64,000 nt of DNA from Bacteroidia bacterium (GTDB lineage Bacteria > Bacteroidota > Bacteroidia > M30B66), in the NCBI GenBank assembly GCA_965279035.1, contig OZ257142.1, positions 2,304,001 through 2,368,000 on the forward strand, in the 5' to 3' direction. Positions 18,573 to 29,593 of the stretch are shown here, piece after piece. The translations under genes were made by a program, and so were the position numbers. The notes under the pieces were generated by a model that saw only the letters and a list, made by a program, of their open reading frames with translations, was not told the DNA's origin and did no database searches. Within the stretch, counting starts at the first letter, position 1; each line of letters opens with the position of its first letter.

Positions 18573-19558
18573 TTCATCGTATCAGGTTCAAGAGCAGGAT
18601 CGGTAACATATGATTCCCACATAGGACCAGCAATGGAAAGTTTTGAGTTTTCTTTTAAGTATTTCATTACTGCTTCGGAGCCCATCCAGGTATTTTCGTA
18701 TGGTCCTTTATAAATAGCTACGACAGTTTTTCCAGCTTTTAATTTTCCGGGTTTAATATTTCCTTCGGCTTTCCCTGGTTTGTTAACAGGAATCGCAACA
18801 TCCATATCGAAATTGGTTTGTGAATCAGTATAATACATCGCGAATGGAGCACCAGTCATTTCCAATTTTTGTTTTTTGATTGCTTCTTGAATTTTACCAA
18901 AGTATTCTCCCATTTTATTTCCAATGGTTGCAACAGATGCCGTATCATGAATTGCTAAATATTCGAATGCTTCTTGATTACTTTGAGTAACGCTTTCGAC
19001 TTTACCTTTTAAATTCATCGACATGGATGGCATTTTTTCGGTGAGTTTCGAAATATTGTTCAATCCTTTATCGAATTGATCTTCCAGCATGCCTTTCATC
19101 ATTCCACTTATCAAGCGTAAAAAAGGATTGTTTCCATTATCCGTTTCCATGGTCCAAGTCATTTTGGATCCACCACCCGTAACAGCTTCAACTTTATATT
19201 GGCATTTGGAAACCCCCATTCCATCAAATTCCAAATCGGTTTTTACTAATTGATTTTGGATGCTTTCGGTAATGGTCATTTTTCCTTTGCCTGATTCTGG
19301 TCCTTCCCAACTCATCACAGCTCCAGTTCCAGAAGGAATTTCGTTGTATGAATTGACCATTTTAGGATCCATTTCTTTCCATGGTGACCAAGAGTCCCAG
19401 TTTTTAAGAGTATTCACTTGGTTGAAGACTACATCGGGACTTGCTTTCATAACGAGAGAACGTTCGCATACCGATTTTGCAGGCATAATAAATCCGATAA
19501 TGACGAGGAGCAGGATGAGTCCGACTAGACTTAATCCAATGATTTTCAATATTTTCAT
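18539..19558 (-). CDS. Membrane-anchored SRPBCC plus GyrI-like domain protein
   Basis: N-terminal TM helix; WDSWSPW..MDP START fold; YKGPYE and WESYVTDP...WETQV GyrI-like motifs. Confidence 0.87.
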   Translation of the reverse strand: MKILKIIGLSLVGLILLLVIIGFIMPAKSVCERSLVMKASPDVVFNQVNTLKNWDSWSPWKEMDPKMVNSYNEIPSGTGAVMSWEGPESGKGKMTITESIQNQLVKTDLEFDGMGVSKCQYKVEAVTGGGSKMTWTMETDNGNNPFLRLISGMMKGMLEDQFDKGLNNISKLTEKMPSMSMNLKGKVESVTQSNQEAFEYLAIHDTASVATIGNKMGEYFGKIQEAIKKQKLEMTGAPFAMYYTDSQTNFDMDVAIPVNKPGKAEGNIKPGKLKAGKTVVAIYKGPYENTWMGSEAVMKYLKENSKLSIAGPMWESYVTDPALEPDTMKWETQVIFPVN

Positions 19559-19680
19559 GAGTAGGGTTGGTTTTGGTTTTACGAAACTAAGGATTTAGAA
19601 TTAAAATCCAAAGACTTATGGGATGATCTATTTGAATGTGTTTATTTCTAATTCAATCTTAATTTTGAAATGAATCATGT

Positions 19681-20709
19681 TTATGAAACAAGTTCATTTA
19701 CACGTGCAATAAATAGTTCAATGTCATTGATTGTTGTATCAAATGAACACATGAGACGAACTTCATTCGTAAATTCATTCCATACATAAAATGGAAATTC
19801 TTGTTGTAGTAATTCGGCAACTCCTTCGGGGAAAATAGCAAATACACCATTCACTTGTACCGGTTGAGTAATGGTAACTTTTCCAGTAGCAATTAATCCC
19901 GCTTCGAGGATTTTAGCCATTTGGTTTGCATGTGAAGCGGTTTGAATCCACAAATCATGTTGAAAGAAGGCGCTGAATTGTGCAGATATAAAGCGCATTT
20001 TCGAAGAAAGTTGCATTCCTTGTTTACGACGATATAGAAAATTTCGGGCAAGCTCTTTATTGAAGAATACGATTGCTTCGCCCATCATCATTCCGTTTTT
20101 TGTACCACCAAAACTCATCACATCTACTCCAGAATCGCGGATGAGTTCTCGGGCAGAAATTCCAAGTGCAGCCACCGCATTCGAAATGCGAGCGCCATCC
20201 ACATGCAAATACAAATTTTCTTTACGAGCTAAATCACCAAATGCTTTTAGCTCCTCTGCAGAATAAAGTGTTCCGTATTCGGTACTTTGAGTGAGTGAAA
20301 TTACTTTCGGTTGAACATGATGCTCCACACCACGACCAACTAAAACGGGGATTACTTGTTCAGGAGTAATTTTCCCATTGACTGATGGTAGCGTTATCAA
20401 TTTAGCTTGCAAAAAGCGCTCAGGAGCTCCAGCTTCATCGGTATAAATATGAGCCATGTCGCTGCAAATAACAGCTTCATACGAACGAATGCAAGATTCC
20501 AAAGCGAGAACATTCGCACCAGTTCCGGAATACACAAAAAATACGTCAATGTCTTCGCCGAACAATTTCTTAAATGCATTTTCTGCATCACGCGTATAGG
20601 TATCGTAACCATAGCCTTTCACATGTCCTTGATTGACATTAACAATGGCTTCGAGAATTTGCGGGTGAATTCCTGAACAATTATCGGATGCAAAAAAACG
20701 TGCATTCAT
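19681..20709 (-). CDS. ltaE: Low-specificity L-threonine aldolase
   Basis: FASDN, GTGAN, HVDGAR and SFGGTKNG (PLP lysine). Confidence 0.92.
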   Translation of the reverse strand: MNARFFASDNCSGIHPQILEAIVNVNQGHVKGYGYDTYTRDAENAFKKLFGEDIDVFFVYSGTGANVLALESCIRSYEAVICSDMAHIYTDEAGAPERFLQAKLITLPSVNGKITPEQVIPVLVGRGVEHHVQPKVISLTQSTEYGTLYSAEELKAFGDLARKENLYLHVDGARISNAVAALGISARELIRDSGVDVMSFGGTKNGMMMGEAIVFFNKELARNFLYRRKQGMQLSSKMRFISAQFSAFFQHDLWIQTASHANQMAKILEAGLIATGKVTITQPVQVNGVFAIFPEGVAELLQQEFPFYVWNEFTNEVRLMCSFDTTINDIELFIARVNELVS

Positions 20710-20826
20710 ATTCTTTGAAAATTTTCACAAAGATGCTGATTTCATTGTGCTGATAAATTAGATACGGAAGATTCTATTGACATTAGATTAGTGAAAAATT
20801 TCCTTAAAATTTATCTACATTTCAGC

Positions 20827-21741
20827 ATGCAGATTTTATTGAAGCCACTCCTAGTCTTATTCCTTCTAATCATGCTTCAATCCTGCAATCAAGCTGATCC
20901 AGAAAACCCTTCAGAATCTCCGAAAATTGCAACAAAAGATTCCATTGTTGACACATTGAAACCAGCAATAAAAATTCAGATCCACTATAAAATGCTGGTC
21001 CTAACTGATTCAATTCGTAAAAGACTTTCTAAAGATTTTCCCGAGAATCAACTAGCAACAGTGTGTGCTTTAAATCGCATTGATTTATTTCGAATTCATC
21101 GGGTTGATAGTTTAATTATCCCCGATACACTTAGTCCGAATTTTATCGACTATTCTCCTTTTCCAGACAGTGTTTCTCAATACACCGGTATCCATAAAAT
21201 CATTGTGATTTCTTATCCATTACAAGCTTTTGGAATTTATGATCAAGGTATTTTACAACGCTGGGGACCTGTGTGTATGGGTAAAAAAGCAACTCCAACA
21301 CCCACTGGTTTATTTCATACTAATTGGAAATCGAAAAGTCAAATAAGCACCGATAATCCCGATTGGATTTTACCTTGGTATTTTAATTTGGTGAATAATA
21401 CCGGAGTTTCATTTCATCAATTTGATTTACCTGGATTTCCGGCAAGTCATTCCTGTATACGATTAGGCGAAGAAGATGCAAAATGGATTTATTCCTTTGC
21501 GGATCAATGGAAATTAGATGATACAGGAAGGAAAATAATCGCCTATGGAACTCCAGTTATTATTTTTGGTGAATACGGATTTGGAAAACAGCGTCCATGG
21601 TATGGTCTTGTAAAAAATCCCAAAGCCAATCAAATTTCTTCTGATTCTCTCGAAAAAATAATGAATCCTTATCGAGAATTTATTGAAGAAAGACAAGCGA
21701 ATCGTGATTCATTAGAAATAAAAAAAACAAATCTCAATTAA
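20827..21741 (+). CDS. L,D-transpeptidase (YkuD domain) lipoprotein
   Basis: Lipobox LQSC; TPTG and FHQFDLPGFPASHSCIRL catalytic motif. Confidence 0.9.
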   Translation: MQILLKPLLVLFLLIMLQSCNQADPENPSESPKIATKDSIVDTLKPAIKIQIHYKMLVLTDSIRKRLSKDFPENQLATVCALNRIDLFRIHRVDSLIIPDTLSPNFIDYSPFPDSVSQYTGIHKIIVISYPLQAFGIYDQGILQRWGPVCMGKKATPTPTGLFHTNWKSKSQISTDNPDWILPWYFNLVNNTGVSFHQFDLPGFPASHSCIRLGEEDAKWIYSFADQWKLDDTGRKIIAYGTPVIIFGEYGFGKQRPWYGLVKNPKANQISSDSLEKIMNPYREFIEERQANRDSLEIKKTNLN

Positions 21742-21742
21742 T

Positions 21743-22111
21743 ATGAAAGATCAAATTCCACTTTTCTTTATTGGTTTTGTTGCACTCATTCACCTCTATA
21801 TTTTATGGATGGAAATGTTTGCTTGGACAAGCCGAGGTCCCAAGGTATTTAAGCAATTTCCCAAAGATTTATTTGTTCCAACCAAAGCTTTAGCTGCCAA
21901 TCAAGGATTGTATAATGGATTTCTCGCAGCCGGATTAATTTGGAGTATGTTGATTAATCATCCAGAGTGGAGAATCAATGTGGCGATTTTCTTTTTGTCT
22001 TGTGTTGCCATTGCTGGAATTTATGGTGCATCAACAGCTGATAAAAAGATATTTTATGTTCAAGTTGTTCCAGCATTATTGAGCATTGGAGCAATTCTTT
22101 TTTGCTGGTAG
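21743..22111 (+). CDS. DUF1304 family membrane protein
   Basis: H.YI..MEMF.W and ANQGLYNGFLAAGL motifs. Confidence 0.88.
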   Translation: MKDQIPLFFIGFVALIHLYILWMEMFAWTSRGPKVFKQFPKDLFVPTKALAANQGLYNGFLAAGLIWSMLINHPEWRINVAIFFLSCVAIAGIYGASTADKKIFYVQVVPALLSIGAILFCW

Positions 22112-22129
22112 AAATCTTCTTCTTTTGTT

Positions 22130-22747
22130 TTAGTGGTTCCGTTTTTTGAGAAATTTTTTCTCACCTGCGGGAATTTCAATTTTCAACCGATTCTCTGCAG
22201 GTGGAACAGGGCAATTATATCCGTCGCTATATGCGCAGTATGGATTGTAGCACTTATTAAAATCGACATGCAAAGTATTGTTTTGAATATCGGGAATACT
22301 AAAATCGAGGTATCGACCACCTTCGTAAGTTGATTCTCCATTACTTAAATCGGTAAAGGGAAGAAAGAGATAATTCTTATAAGCAGAATCTTTCATTAAA
22401 CTCAAGTTTTGATAAATACTCAAGGTGAAATGTGTGCCTTTATGATCAAAATCGAGTGTTCCGTATTTTTTATAGGTTCGTGTTTGACCGCTATAGGTTG
22501 GTAATTCAAAAGGTTTGGAATCGTAAGTTGCAGTGAAATGAGCTTTTAATAACCAAGAATGATTGGGAGGAAAAAAATCAATAAAGCCTGTATCAGCAGC
22601 TGAGATTGGAGAACGAGGATGATCGGTAAATTCAGCTTTATACGCCCTTCGGTGTTTTACAATATCAGCCTCGTAATTTTCAACATGGCTTTGAGATTTG
22701 GCTATGAAAGATCCTAATAGGAAGATAGATATAAGTAGTTGTTTCAT
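22130..22747 (-). CDS. DUF1684 family protein
   Basis: LFLPFTD..NG..TYEGGRYLD and DFNKCYNPYCAY...CPVPP motifs. Likely start at 22747. Confidence 0.9.
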   Translation of the reverse strand: MKQLLISIFLLGSFIAKSQSHVENYEADIVKHRRAYKAEFTDHPRSPISAADTGFIDFFPPNHSWLLKAHFTATYDSKPFELPTYSGQTRTYKKYGTLDFDHKGTHFTLSIYQNLSLMKDSAYKNYLFLPFTDLSNGESTYEGGRYLDFSIPDIQNNTLHVDFNKCYNPYCAYSDGYNCPVPPAENRLKIEIPAGEKKFLKKRNH

Positions 22748-22838
22748 AAAATGGAATGAGAAACAAACATACGATTTGCTAGATAAATAATTTTTAATGC
22801 AGCATGTAAATCTCGATGCATTTGAATTAATCAATAAA

Positions 22839-23264
22839 TTAATTCGGCTCTAAATGCAATTCAAGATTGGTGCTTTCTTGTCGCAACCACAATTCCTTTT
22901 CTTTTAATTTTAAAATGATATAGGTTACATCCGCTAAATTGTTGTCATAATCAATTTGTAATTTATCGTCATTACTTGTAAAATTCCAATTTCCTTGGGT
23001 TGTATAATCATAATCGAGTGTTAGGAATGAATAATGAGCAGTTAAGTTTGCATTACCCGACTTGGTTAATGAAATATCATATCGATCAAAACTACTTGTT
23101 ACGTCAGAACCATTATCTAATGCTTTTTCAATTTTCCAATTATTGGCAATGCGTTCGTTTCTAGGAACAAAACTAATCATCGGACCATCTTCGTATTTAT
23201 TACATGAACTTAGACTGAGAAAGAGAATGATTGTAATAAGTAAAGCAACTTTAATCGTATTCAT
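22839..23264 (-). CDS. Lipocalin-like lipoprotein
   Basis: Lipobox LSSC, then NKYEDGP; W-K-I and G-x-W beta-barrel pattern. Confidence 0.65.
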   Translation of the reverse strand: MNTIKVALLITIILFLSLSSCNKYEDGPMISFVPRNERIANNWKIEKALDNGSDVTSSFDRYDISLTKSGNANLTAHYSFLTLDYDYTTQGNWNFTSNDDKLQIDYDNNLADVTYIILKLKEKELWLRQESTNLELHLEPN

Positions 23265-23462
23265 ATTGTTGGTATTCAATTAAAATGATGATACAAATTT
23301 CTATTATGATGTATTAAAACTGTTACACCGCCTCCATGAATAGTTTAATAATTCACATATTAAAGCGGAAACAAATTCACTAAACGAATAAAATCCAATT
23401 GTCAACCTATATTTGCAAATCACCTTAAACATTTGTTCAGTTTTTACTCCTAAGTATTTGGT

Positions 23463-23723
23463 ATGACCAATAATGATATTCTTAAAAAGCTACGAGTAGC
23501 ATTGCATCTCAGAAATGAGCAAATTGTTGAAATTCTTCAATTAGTAAATTTCAGAATGACAGCATCAGAATTGAGTGCTTTTTTCCGAAGCGAGGATCAT
23601 CCCAATTACAAACCCTGTGGTGATCAGGTTTTACGGAATTTTCTGAATGGTTTAATTATTCATTTGCGTGGACCTATGGATGAAAAGAAAGGTGAAAATC
23701 CACCAATCGAACCTTCAAATTGA
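23463..23723 (+). CDS. DUF1456 (YehS-like) protein
   Basis: NNDILKKLR and C.DQVLRNFLNGLI..RG motifs. TATATTTG promoter box at 23408-23415. Confidence 0.9.
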   Translation: MTNNDILKKLRVALHLRNEQIVEILQLVNFRMTASELSAFFRSEDHPNYKPCGDQVLRNFLNGLIIHLRGPMDEKKGENPPIEPSN

Positions 23724-23760
23724 ATTATAAATTCTATATAAATAAAACAATTTCAATTCC

Positions 23761-25017
23761 ATGAATAAGCCTTTAAGTAAGAATAAGCTGCTGAGTTTAT
23801 GGAAAAAAATGGGTCCAGGTTTAATCACAGGAGCCAGTGATGATGATCCGTCAGGTATTGCAACATATTCTCAAGCTGGAGCTCTGTTTGGTTTAAAATT
23901 ACTTTGGACGGCAATAGTAACTTATCCATTAATGGTTGCTATTCAAGAAATGTGTGCTCGAATTGGATTGGTTACAAAGCATGGCTTAACAGGTACAATT
24001 AAACGTTATTACCCGAAATACATTTTATTTGTTATACTCTTTGTAAGTTTTCCTTCTATCACACTTAATATAGGGGCTGATATTGCAGGAATGGGAGCTG
24101 TTGCCAACTTGTTAATTCCAGTCGTACCCTCTTTTGTTTTCTCAATTGTATTTACAGTCATATTGATTTATGGAATAATATTTTGGAATTATCGTAAAAT
24201 ATCAAACATATTAAAATGGTTATGTTTGACTTTATTCAGTTATGTAATTATTCCATTTATTGGAAATACCGACTGGTTACTCGTTTTAAAAAGTACGTTT
24301 ATTCCATCTTTCGAAAATTCTACTGCCTATTATATGGCTTTGGTTGGAATTTTAGGAACGACCGTTTCGCCCTATCTCTTTTTTTGGCAAGCATCAATGG
24401 AAGTTGAAGAGACTCAACAACGACATTTGATTGTTGGTAAACGAATTATTTCGGACATGGAAACCGATGTACGTGGTGGATTAATTTTAACCAACGTTGT
24501 ATTCTTCTTTATCATTCTAACAACAGGAACTGTTTTATTTAATGCTGGCACACATCAAATTAATTCTGTTCAAGAAGCTGCTCAAGCATTAAAACCTTTG
24601 GCAGGAAATCTTGCATATTTTCTTTTTGCATTGGGTGTTTTAGGAACTGGTTTTTTAGCAATTCCTGTCCTTGCTGGTTCTCTCAGTTATATGATGGCTG
24701 AAACGTTTAATTGGAATGAAGGATTGGATAAAAATTTCCATGAAGCAAAAGGATTTTATATTACCATTATTGTATCCTTGATTATCGGTTTAGCCATTCA
24801 TTTTTTAGGTTGGAATCCAATTGTCGCTTTAATTTATGCAGCAGTTTTATATGGATTAACTGCGCCATTGCTCATTTTATTAATTCTACATATTTGTAAT
24901 AACAAACAAATTATGGGGAAATATGTCAATTCGTTTTGGTCAAATCTTTTTGGAATCATAGCATTTCTTGTCATGAGTTTTGCTGCTTTTATGTTGATAT
25001 ATCTGCATTTCATATGA
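23761..25017 (+). CDS. NRAMP-related divalent metal transporter
   Basis: GPGLITGASDDDPSGIATYSQAGA and GTTVSPY motifs; about 11 TM helices. Confidence 0.88.
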   Translation: MNKPLSKNKLLSLWKKMGPGLITGASDDDPSGIATYSQAGALFGLKLLWTAIVTYPLMVAIQEMCARIGLVTKHGLTGTIKRYYPKYILFVILFVSFPSITLNIGADIAGMGAVANLLIPVVPSFVFSIVFTVILIYGIIFWNYRKISNILKWLCLTLFSYVIIPFIGNTDWLLVLKSTFIPSFENSTAYYMALVGILGTTVSPYLFFWQASMEVEETQQRHLIVGKRIISDMETDVRGGLILTNVVFFFIILTTGTVLFNAGTHQINSVQEAAQALKPLAGNLAYFLFALGVLGTGFLAIPVLAGSLSYMMAETFNWNEGLDKNFHEAKGFYITIIVSLIIGLAIHFLGWNPIVALIYAAVLYGLTAPLLILLILHICNNKQIMGKYVNSFWSNLFGIIAFLVMSFAAFMLIYLHFI

Positions 25018-25162
25018 TTTATTCAATTAATTCTAATCAGTTGAATAATTCAATTTAAACTAATTAATCATTATCCTTCATTGAATTATCCTCAATAAGC
25101 TAGTCAGTTGATGCCAATGCTTCATGACTTTCTTTTAGATTCAAATTTACATCTGGAAAAAT

Positions 25163-27115
25163 TCAACTACGAATCATGCGAAAAACTTTCTTCATTCCAG
25201 CTCCCTGAACCACCATCAAATAAGTACCAGCCGCAACCGACGATAAATTAAACTGCTGCTCATATTCACCACCATCTAATCGTATATCTTGCGCATATAA
25301 CAAACAACCAGTACTACTATAAATACGAATCGAAATATCGCCACTAAAAGCCTTCACCCGAAACTGAAATGGTCCATTGGTTGGATTAGGAAATACGCCG
25401 CATTCCGGTATTAACTGCCCACCTCGTCCATAGCCTTGATTATTTGTAATTGACGTGGTAGCATGCGTATCAACTACAGCAAAAAGTGAATCAGCAATAT
25501 GTGAGTTTGTGTTCGTCACTTCAGTTAAATCACTCACTGAATTCCCTCCCCCTTTTACAAAAGCCAATATGCTTTCTCGTGTTGGAAGTTGCTTGCTAAT
25601 TAATGGTTTTAATAACATTTCCTCCGAACAAGCTTCAACCAATAATTCCTCATTTTCTTTTCGCTTTTCGGTTATATTCATGGATACGATCAGCGAATTC
25701 CTTCCGTCGTTGCTGCTTTTTATGGTTTTTTCCTTTCCTTGAATATTGACTAAAATATCATGAAATGAAAAAAAGCTCATCACCAATTGCTTTTTATTTC
25801 GAGCAATATGAGTAGAGCTCACCCAACCAGTTTTAGCGAAAATAGGTAACCATAAGGTATCTAAATTACCACGCTCATCCCAAATTCCGGCTAGTGCATT
25901 GTTGTTAATTGGCCATCCTCCAACTGTAATTTCCTTTCCATCAGCTTTTGCATATCGTATCGTATCCCAAAAAGTTCCGGCTATTAATTGTCGCCCATCT
26001 TCTAATAATTTAAAGTCATTCGGATGCGGAGTTGCCAAATAAAAATTTTCGTTGTGCCCATGTAAATCAAGTAACTGACCATCTTTATCCATGGAAAAAA
26101 TCACAAATCCTTGCCCTTCTTTCGTTTTATATTCGCTTGAACTAGCAGTTATTCCAGATTCTTTCACAATAAATTCTCGGTAAAATCCACCCGCTCCAAA
26201 TACATTTCCTTTTTCATCAATATCAAACCCACCAAGCATTTGAGAAGAAAATCCACCCATTTGTTTCTTCCAACGTGGTGTTCCATCTTGATTCCACTTT
26301 ATAAAATATATATCTCGTTCGTCTTCAGGTTTGCTAGTAAGCATACTATCATTTTCATCGATGATCATACCCTTGCAAAATACACTACTCATCACGGGCA
26401 ATTCATCGCCACCAACTCGTACTAATGGTTTTAAAGTGAAATTGTAATCCATTAATCGATGCTTCATGTATTTCTCCCATTTTAATTCACCTTGATTGGA
26501 ATATTTATGCAGAAACTCAACGAAAGGACCTTTGGTTGATGGAAGATGTAAATCTGGTGCACTCGAGCTATAATGATAAAATCCCGCTACATAAAAATTC
26601 CCTAAACGATCGGCTGCGATACTGCTAAATGAGCCATACAACATGGACATATTCTTTTTCCAAACAAGGTTCCCTTCAGGAGTATAAACAGCCATAAAAA
26701 CTCCTGGAGAAGAGGTTTTACTGCCCTTCGAAACTGAAGGGATTTTCATTTCCATATCGTGTCTTCCTGAAATGAGAATATTTCCGTCCGATAAAACTTG
26801 AACCGCATCCATGTGTGTATAGTGCTTTCCCATAAAAGGCAGCACCCATTGGGTTTTACCATCCTTCGATAATTTCAGAAAAAAGCCAGCATGATCATAA
26901 TTTTCATTTTTCACTTCTGCGTGATCGGGTAACTTAAGCTTAGAATAAAAATCTCCTAAGACATAGATATTTCCATCATCATCAACCGACATATCCAAAA
27001 CATCCGCAGTAGAAATCCCTTCTAAATAATACGACCAGTTGTTTATGATTTGTGCTGACGAATTCGAAATACATACACCCAAAACAAACAGTAAGAAGAA
27101 AATGTGCTTTGCCAT
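25163..27115 (-). CDS. T9SS-secreted beta-propeller-repeat protein
   Basis: Signal peptide; D..GN.YV.G.F repeats; C-terminal VFPNP...AAGTYL T9SS domain. Confidence 0.8.
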   Translation of the reverse strand: MAKHIFFLLFVLGVCISNSSAQIINNWSYYLEGISTADVLDMSVDDDGNIYVLGDFYSKLKLPDHAEVKNENYDHAGFFLKLSKDGKTQWVLPFMGKHYTHMDAVQVLSDGNILISGRHDMEMKIPSVSKGSKTSSPGVFMAVYTPEGNLVWKKNMSMLYGSFSSIAADRLGNFYVAGFYHYSSSAPDLHLPSTKGPFVEFLHKYSNQGELKWEKYMKHRLMDYNFTLKPLVRVGGDELPVMSSVFCKGMIIDENDSMLTSKPEDERDIYFIKWNQDGTPRWKKQMGGFSSQMLGGFDIDEKGNVFGAGGFYREFIVKESGITASSSEYKTKEGQGFVIFSMDKDGQLLDLHGHNENFYLATPHPNDFKLLEDGRQLIAGTFWDTIRYAKADGKEITVGGWPINNNALAGIWDERGNLDTLWLPIFAKTGWVSSTHIARNKKQLVMSFFSFHDILVNIQGKEKTIKSSNDGRNSLIVSMNITEKRKENEELLVEACSEEMLLKPLISKQLPTRESILAFVKGGGNSVSDLTEVTNTNSHIADSLFAVVDTHATTSITNNQGYGRGGQLIPECGVFPNPTNGPFQFRVKAFSGDISIRIYSSTGCLLYAQDIRLDGGEYEQQFNLSSVAAGTYLMVVQGAGMKKVFRMIRS

Positions 27116-27271
27116 TCTAAAGAATTAAAAGTTCAACAGCCAAAAATATTGGTCGGCAAACGCTTAGTCGATTACTAGAAATAAGTTCATCAAATTATAA
27201 TAAATTATTGACTGAATTGGGATACACAAAACAATTTCATGAAATGCACAAAGGCTTACTACCTTCGTGGC

Positions 27272-28591
27272 ATGGCAATAAAACCCACTATTGGATTGAT
27301 TCTACAGAATTTGTCCATTCCGAAACTGAACACCATGCAGGAAACTGTCTTGGCGGGAATCGAAACAAGACGCAATCTATTGGTTCTTTCCCCAACGGGT
27401 TCAGGTAAGACATTGGTATTTCTTCTTCAAGTACTTCAAGAATTAGATGAAAATAAAGAAGGAATTCAGGCGCTAATCATTGCACCAGCTCGTGAATTGG
27501 TATTGCAAATTGAAGCTGTTTTTAAATCCATGAAAACAGGTTTTAAAGTATCTGTTTGCTATGGTGGACATCATTCCCGAACCGAACAAAATCGTCTAGA
27601 AGAATCTCCAGCATTGGTTATCGGAACACCTGGGCGACTTTCTGATCACATCCAAAAAGGAGTAATCGATGCGGCTACAATCAGAATGGTTGTTTTGGAC
27701 GAATTCGATAAATCCTTGCAGATGGGCTTCCATTCACAACTGGAAATCATATTTAGAGCCTTAAATGGCAAACAAAAACATTTTCTAACCTCGGCAACCC
27801 GATTAGAAGAAATTCCCTCGTTCATTCCCTTTAAACAGGTCGAAACATTTGATTTTCTAGTAAAACAATCCGAAACCAAATTAAAACTACAACTCGTTCG
27901 CACAGCACCCGAAGAGAAAGCAGAAACAGTGTTGAAATTGGTGGCTGGATTTGGGCAGGAAATTAGTTTGGTATTTTGTAATCACCGTGAAGCGGTAGAA
28001 CGTATCAGTGCACATTTTCGTGAAAAGGGTTTTGCTCATGGTATCTTCCATGGTGCAATGGAACAAATTGATCGGGAACGAAATCTCATCAAATTCCGAT
28101 CTGGCGCCTGTCATGTGCTAATTGCAACCGACCTTGCAGCTCGTGGATTAGATATTCCAGAAATTCGACATGTAGTACATTATCAATTGCCTATTCATGA
28201 AGATGCTTTTATCCACCGAAATGGTCGCACTGCACGCATGCACGCTGATGGAAAAGCGTATTTGATATTGGCTGATGATGAAGAAATGCCTCTTTATTTT
28301 AAGGAGAAAATTCCTGAGATAAAACTCCCTGAAACGTATCGTTTACCGGAAGTCCCAGCGATGGAATGTGTGTATTTTTCGGCCGGAAAAAAAGATAAAA
28401 TTAGCAAGGGAGATATTGTTGGTTTATTAATGAAAAAAGGAGGATTGCAAAACGATGAATTAGGCTTAATTACCATAACCGATACAGCTTCTTTTGTAGC
28501 AGTTAAGCGTAATAAAGTCAAATCGCTTATTAAAAATCTACAAGGTGAGAAACTTAAAAAAGCAAAAGTAAAATGTGATGTAGCAAGATGA
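27272..28591 (+). CDS. DEAD-box RNA helicase with DbpA-type C-terminal domain
   Basis: SPTGSGKT, TPGR, DEFD, SAT, ARGLD, HRNGRTAR and GKKDKISKGDI motifs. Confidence 0.93.
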   Translation: MAIKPTIGLILQNLSIPKLNTMQETVLAGIETRRNLLVLSPTGSGKTLVFLLQVLQELDENKEGIQALIIAPARELVLQIEAVFKSMKTGFKVSVCYGGHHSRTEQNRLEESPALVIGTPGRLSDHIQKGVIDAATIRMVVLDEFDKSLQMGFHSQLEIIFRALNGKQKHFLTSATRLEEIPSFIPFKQVETFDFLVKQSETKLKLQLVRTAPEEKAETVLKLVAGFGQEISLVFCNHREAVERISAHFREKGFAHGIFHGAMEQIDRERNLIKFRSGACHVLIATDLAARGLDIPEIRHVVHYQLPIHEDAFIHRNGRTARMHADGKAYLILADDEEMPLYFKEKIPEIKLPETYRLPEVPAMECVYFSAGKKDKISKGDIVGLLMKKGGLQNDELGLITITDTASFVAVKRNKVKSLIKNLQGEKLKKAKVKCDVAR

Positions 28592-29511
28592 AATTAAAGC
28601 CTTTATTCTTTCTATTTATTTTATTTTCTCAAGTAGTATTTGCAGAGGATACTTTACCCATTCCTAGCAGTGGAACGATAAAAAGAATCCAGCTAACCTC
28701 TAAATTTATAGGTAAACGAACAGTTGATGTTTGGCTTCCCGAATACTATTCAGCTGCAAAAAAATACACTGTCTTATATATGCAGGATGGACAAATGCTA
28801 TTTGATTCGTCTCATACCTGGAATAAATTAGAATGGGGTGTGGATGAAACACTCACACGATTGATTAATCAGAATAAAATTCAAGCATGTATTGTTGTTG
28901 GAGTTTGGAATGCAGGTAAGAAAAGACGTACAGAGTATTTCCCAGCAATTCCATTTGATATGCTTAGTCCAAAAGAAAAAGCACTCATTACCTTTCCTGA
29001 TTCGGCATATGACTCACAGAGAATAGAAGTTTCAGGTCCACAATCGGAAAATTATCTGAAGTTCTTGGTTGATGAATTAAAGCCTTATATCGATTCGACT
29101 TTCTCTACCAATCCAGATCGACAACATACCTGTATTGCAGGATCAAGTATGGGCGGATTAATTTCACTTTATGCCATTTGTGAATACCCAAGTGTTTTCG
29201 GTGCAGCAGCATGTATGTCGACACACTGGCCTGGAGTAAATATTGGTGATATTAATCCGGTCCCGAATGTCATTCTTCGCTATTTGAAAGTACATATCCC
29301 AAGTCCACAAACACACCGAATTTATTTCGATTATGGTTCTTTGACTCGGGATGCCGAATACAAACCCTTTCAACTGATTGCGGATCAATTGATGATAAGA
29401 AAGGGATATACCAATTTAAATTGGACAACGAAAGAGTTTATTGGAGATAGTCACAGTGAACTATCTTGGAGTAAACGTTTATCAATTCCCTTGGAGTTTT
29501 TGCTGAAGTAA
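28588..29511 (+). CDS. Secreted alpha/beta hydrolase (putative esterase)
   Basis: VLYMQDGQ, GSSMGG nucleophile elbow and HSE..W motifs. Confidence 0.88.
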   Translation: MKLKPLFFLFILFSQVVFAEDTLPIPSSGTIKRIQLTSKFIGKRTVDVWLPEYYSAAKKYTVLYMQDGQMLFDSSHTWNKLEWGVDETLTRLINQNKIQACIVVGVWNAGKKRRTEYFPAIPFDMLSPKEKALITFPDSAYDSQRIEVSGPQSENYLKFLVDELKPYIDSTFSTNPDRQHTCIAGSSMGGLISLYAICEYPSVFGAAACMSTHWPGVNIGDINPVPNVILRYLKVHIPSPQTHRIYFDYGSLTRDAEYKPFQLIADQLMIRKGYTNLNWTTKEFIGDSHSELSWSKRLSIPLEFLLK

Positions 29512-29593
29512 TAAGTTCACTATTAATATTTGGGTTCATTCCTGTTTTTCGTCCGAATAGAAATTCCTACATTCGGAAATTCAGTACCTACTC

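Noticed and set aside
25018-25162. AT-rich inverted repeats (TTATTCAA...TTGAATAA) between convergent genes
   Set aside because: Weak and low in complexity; at most a terminator.
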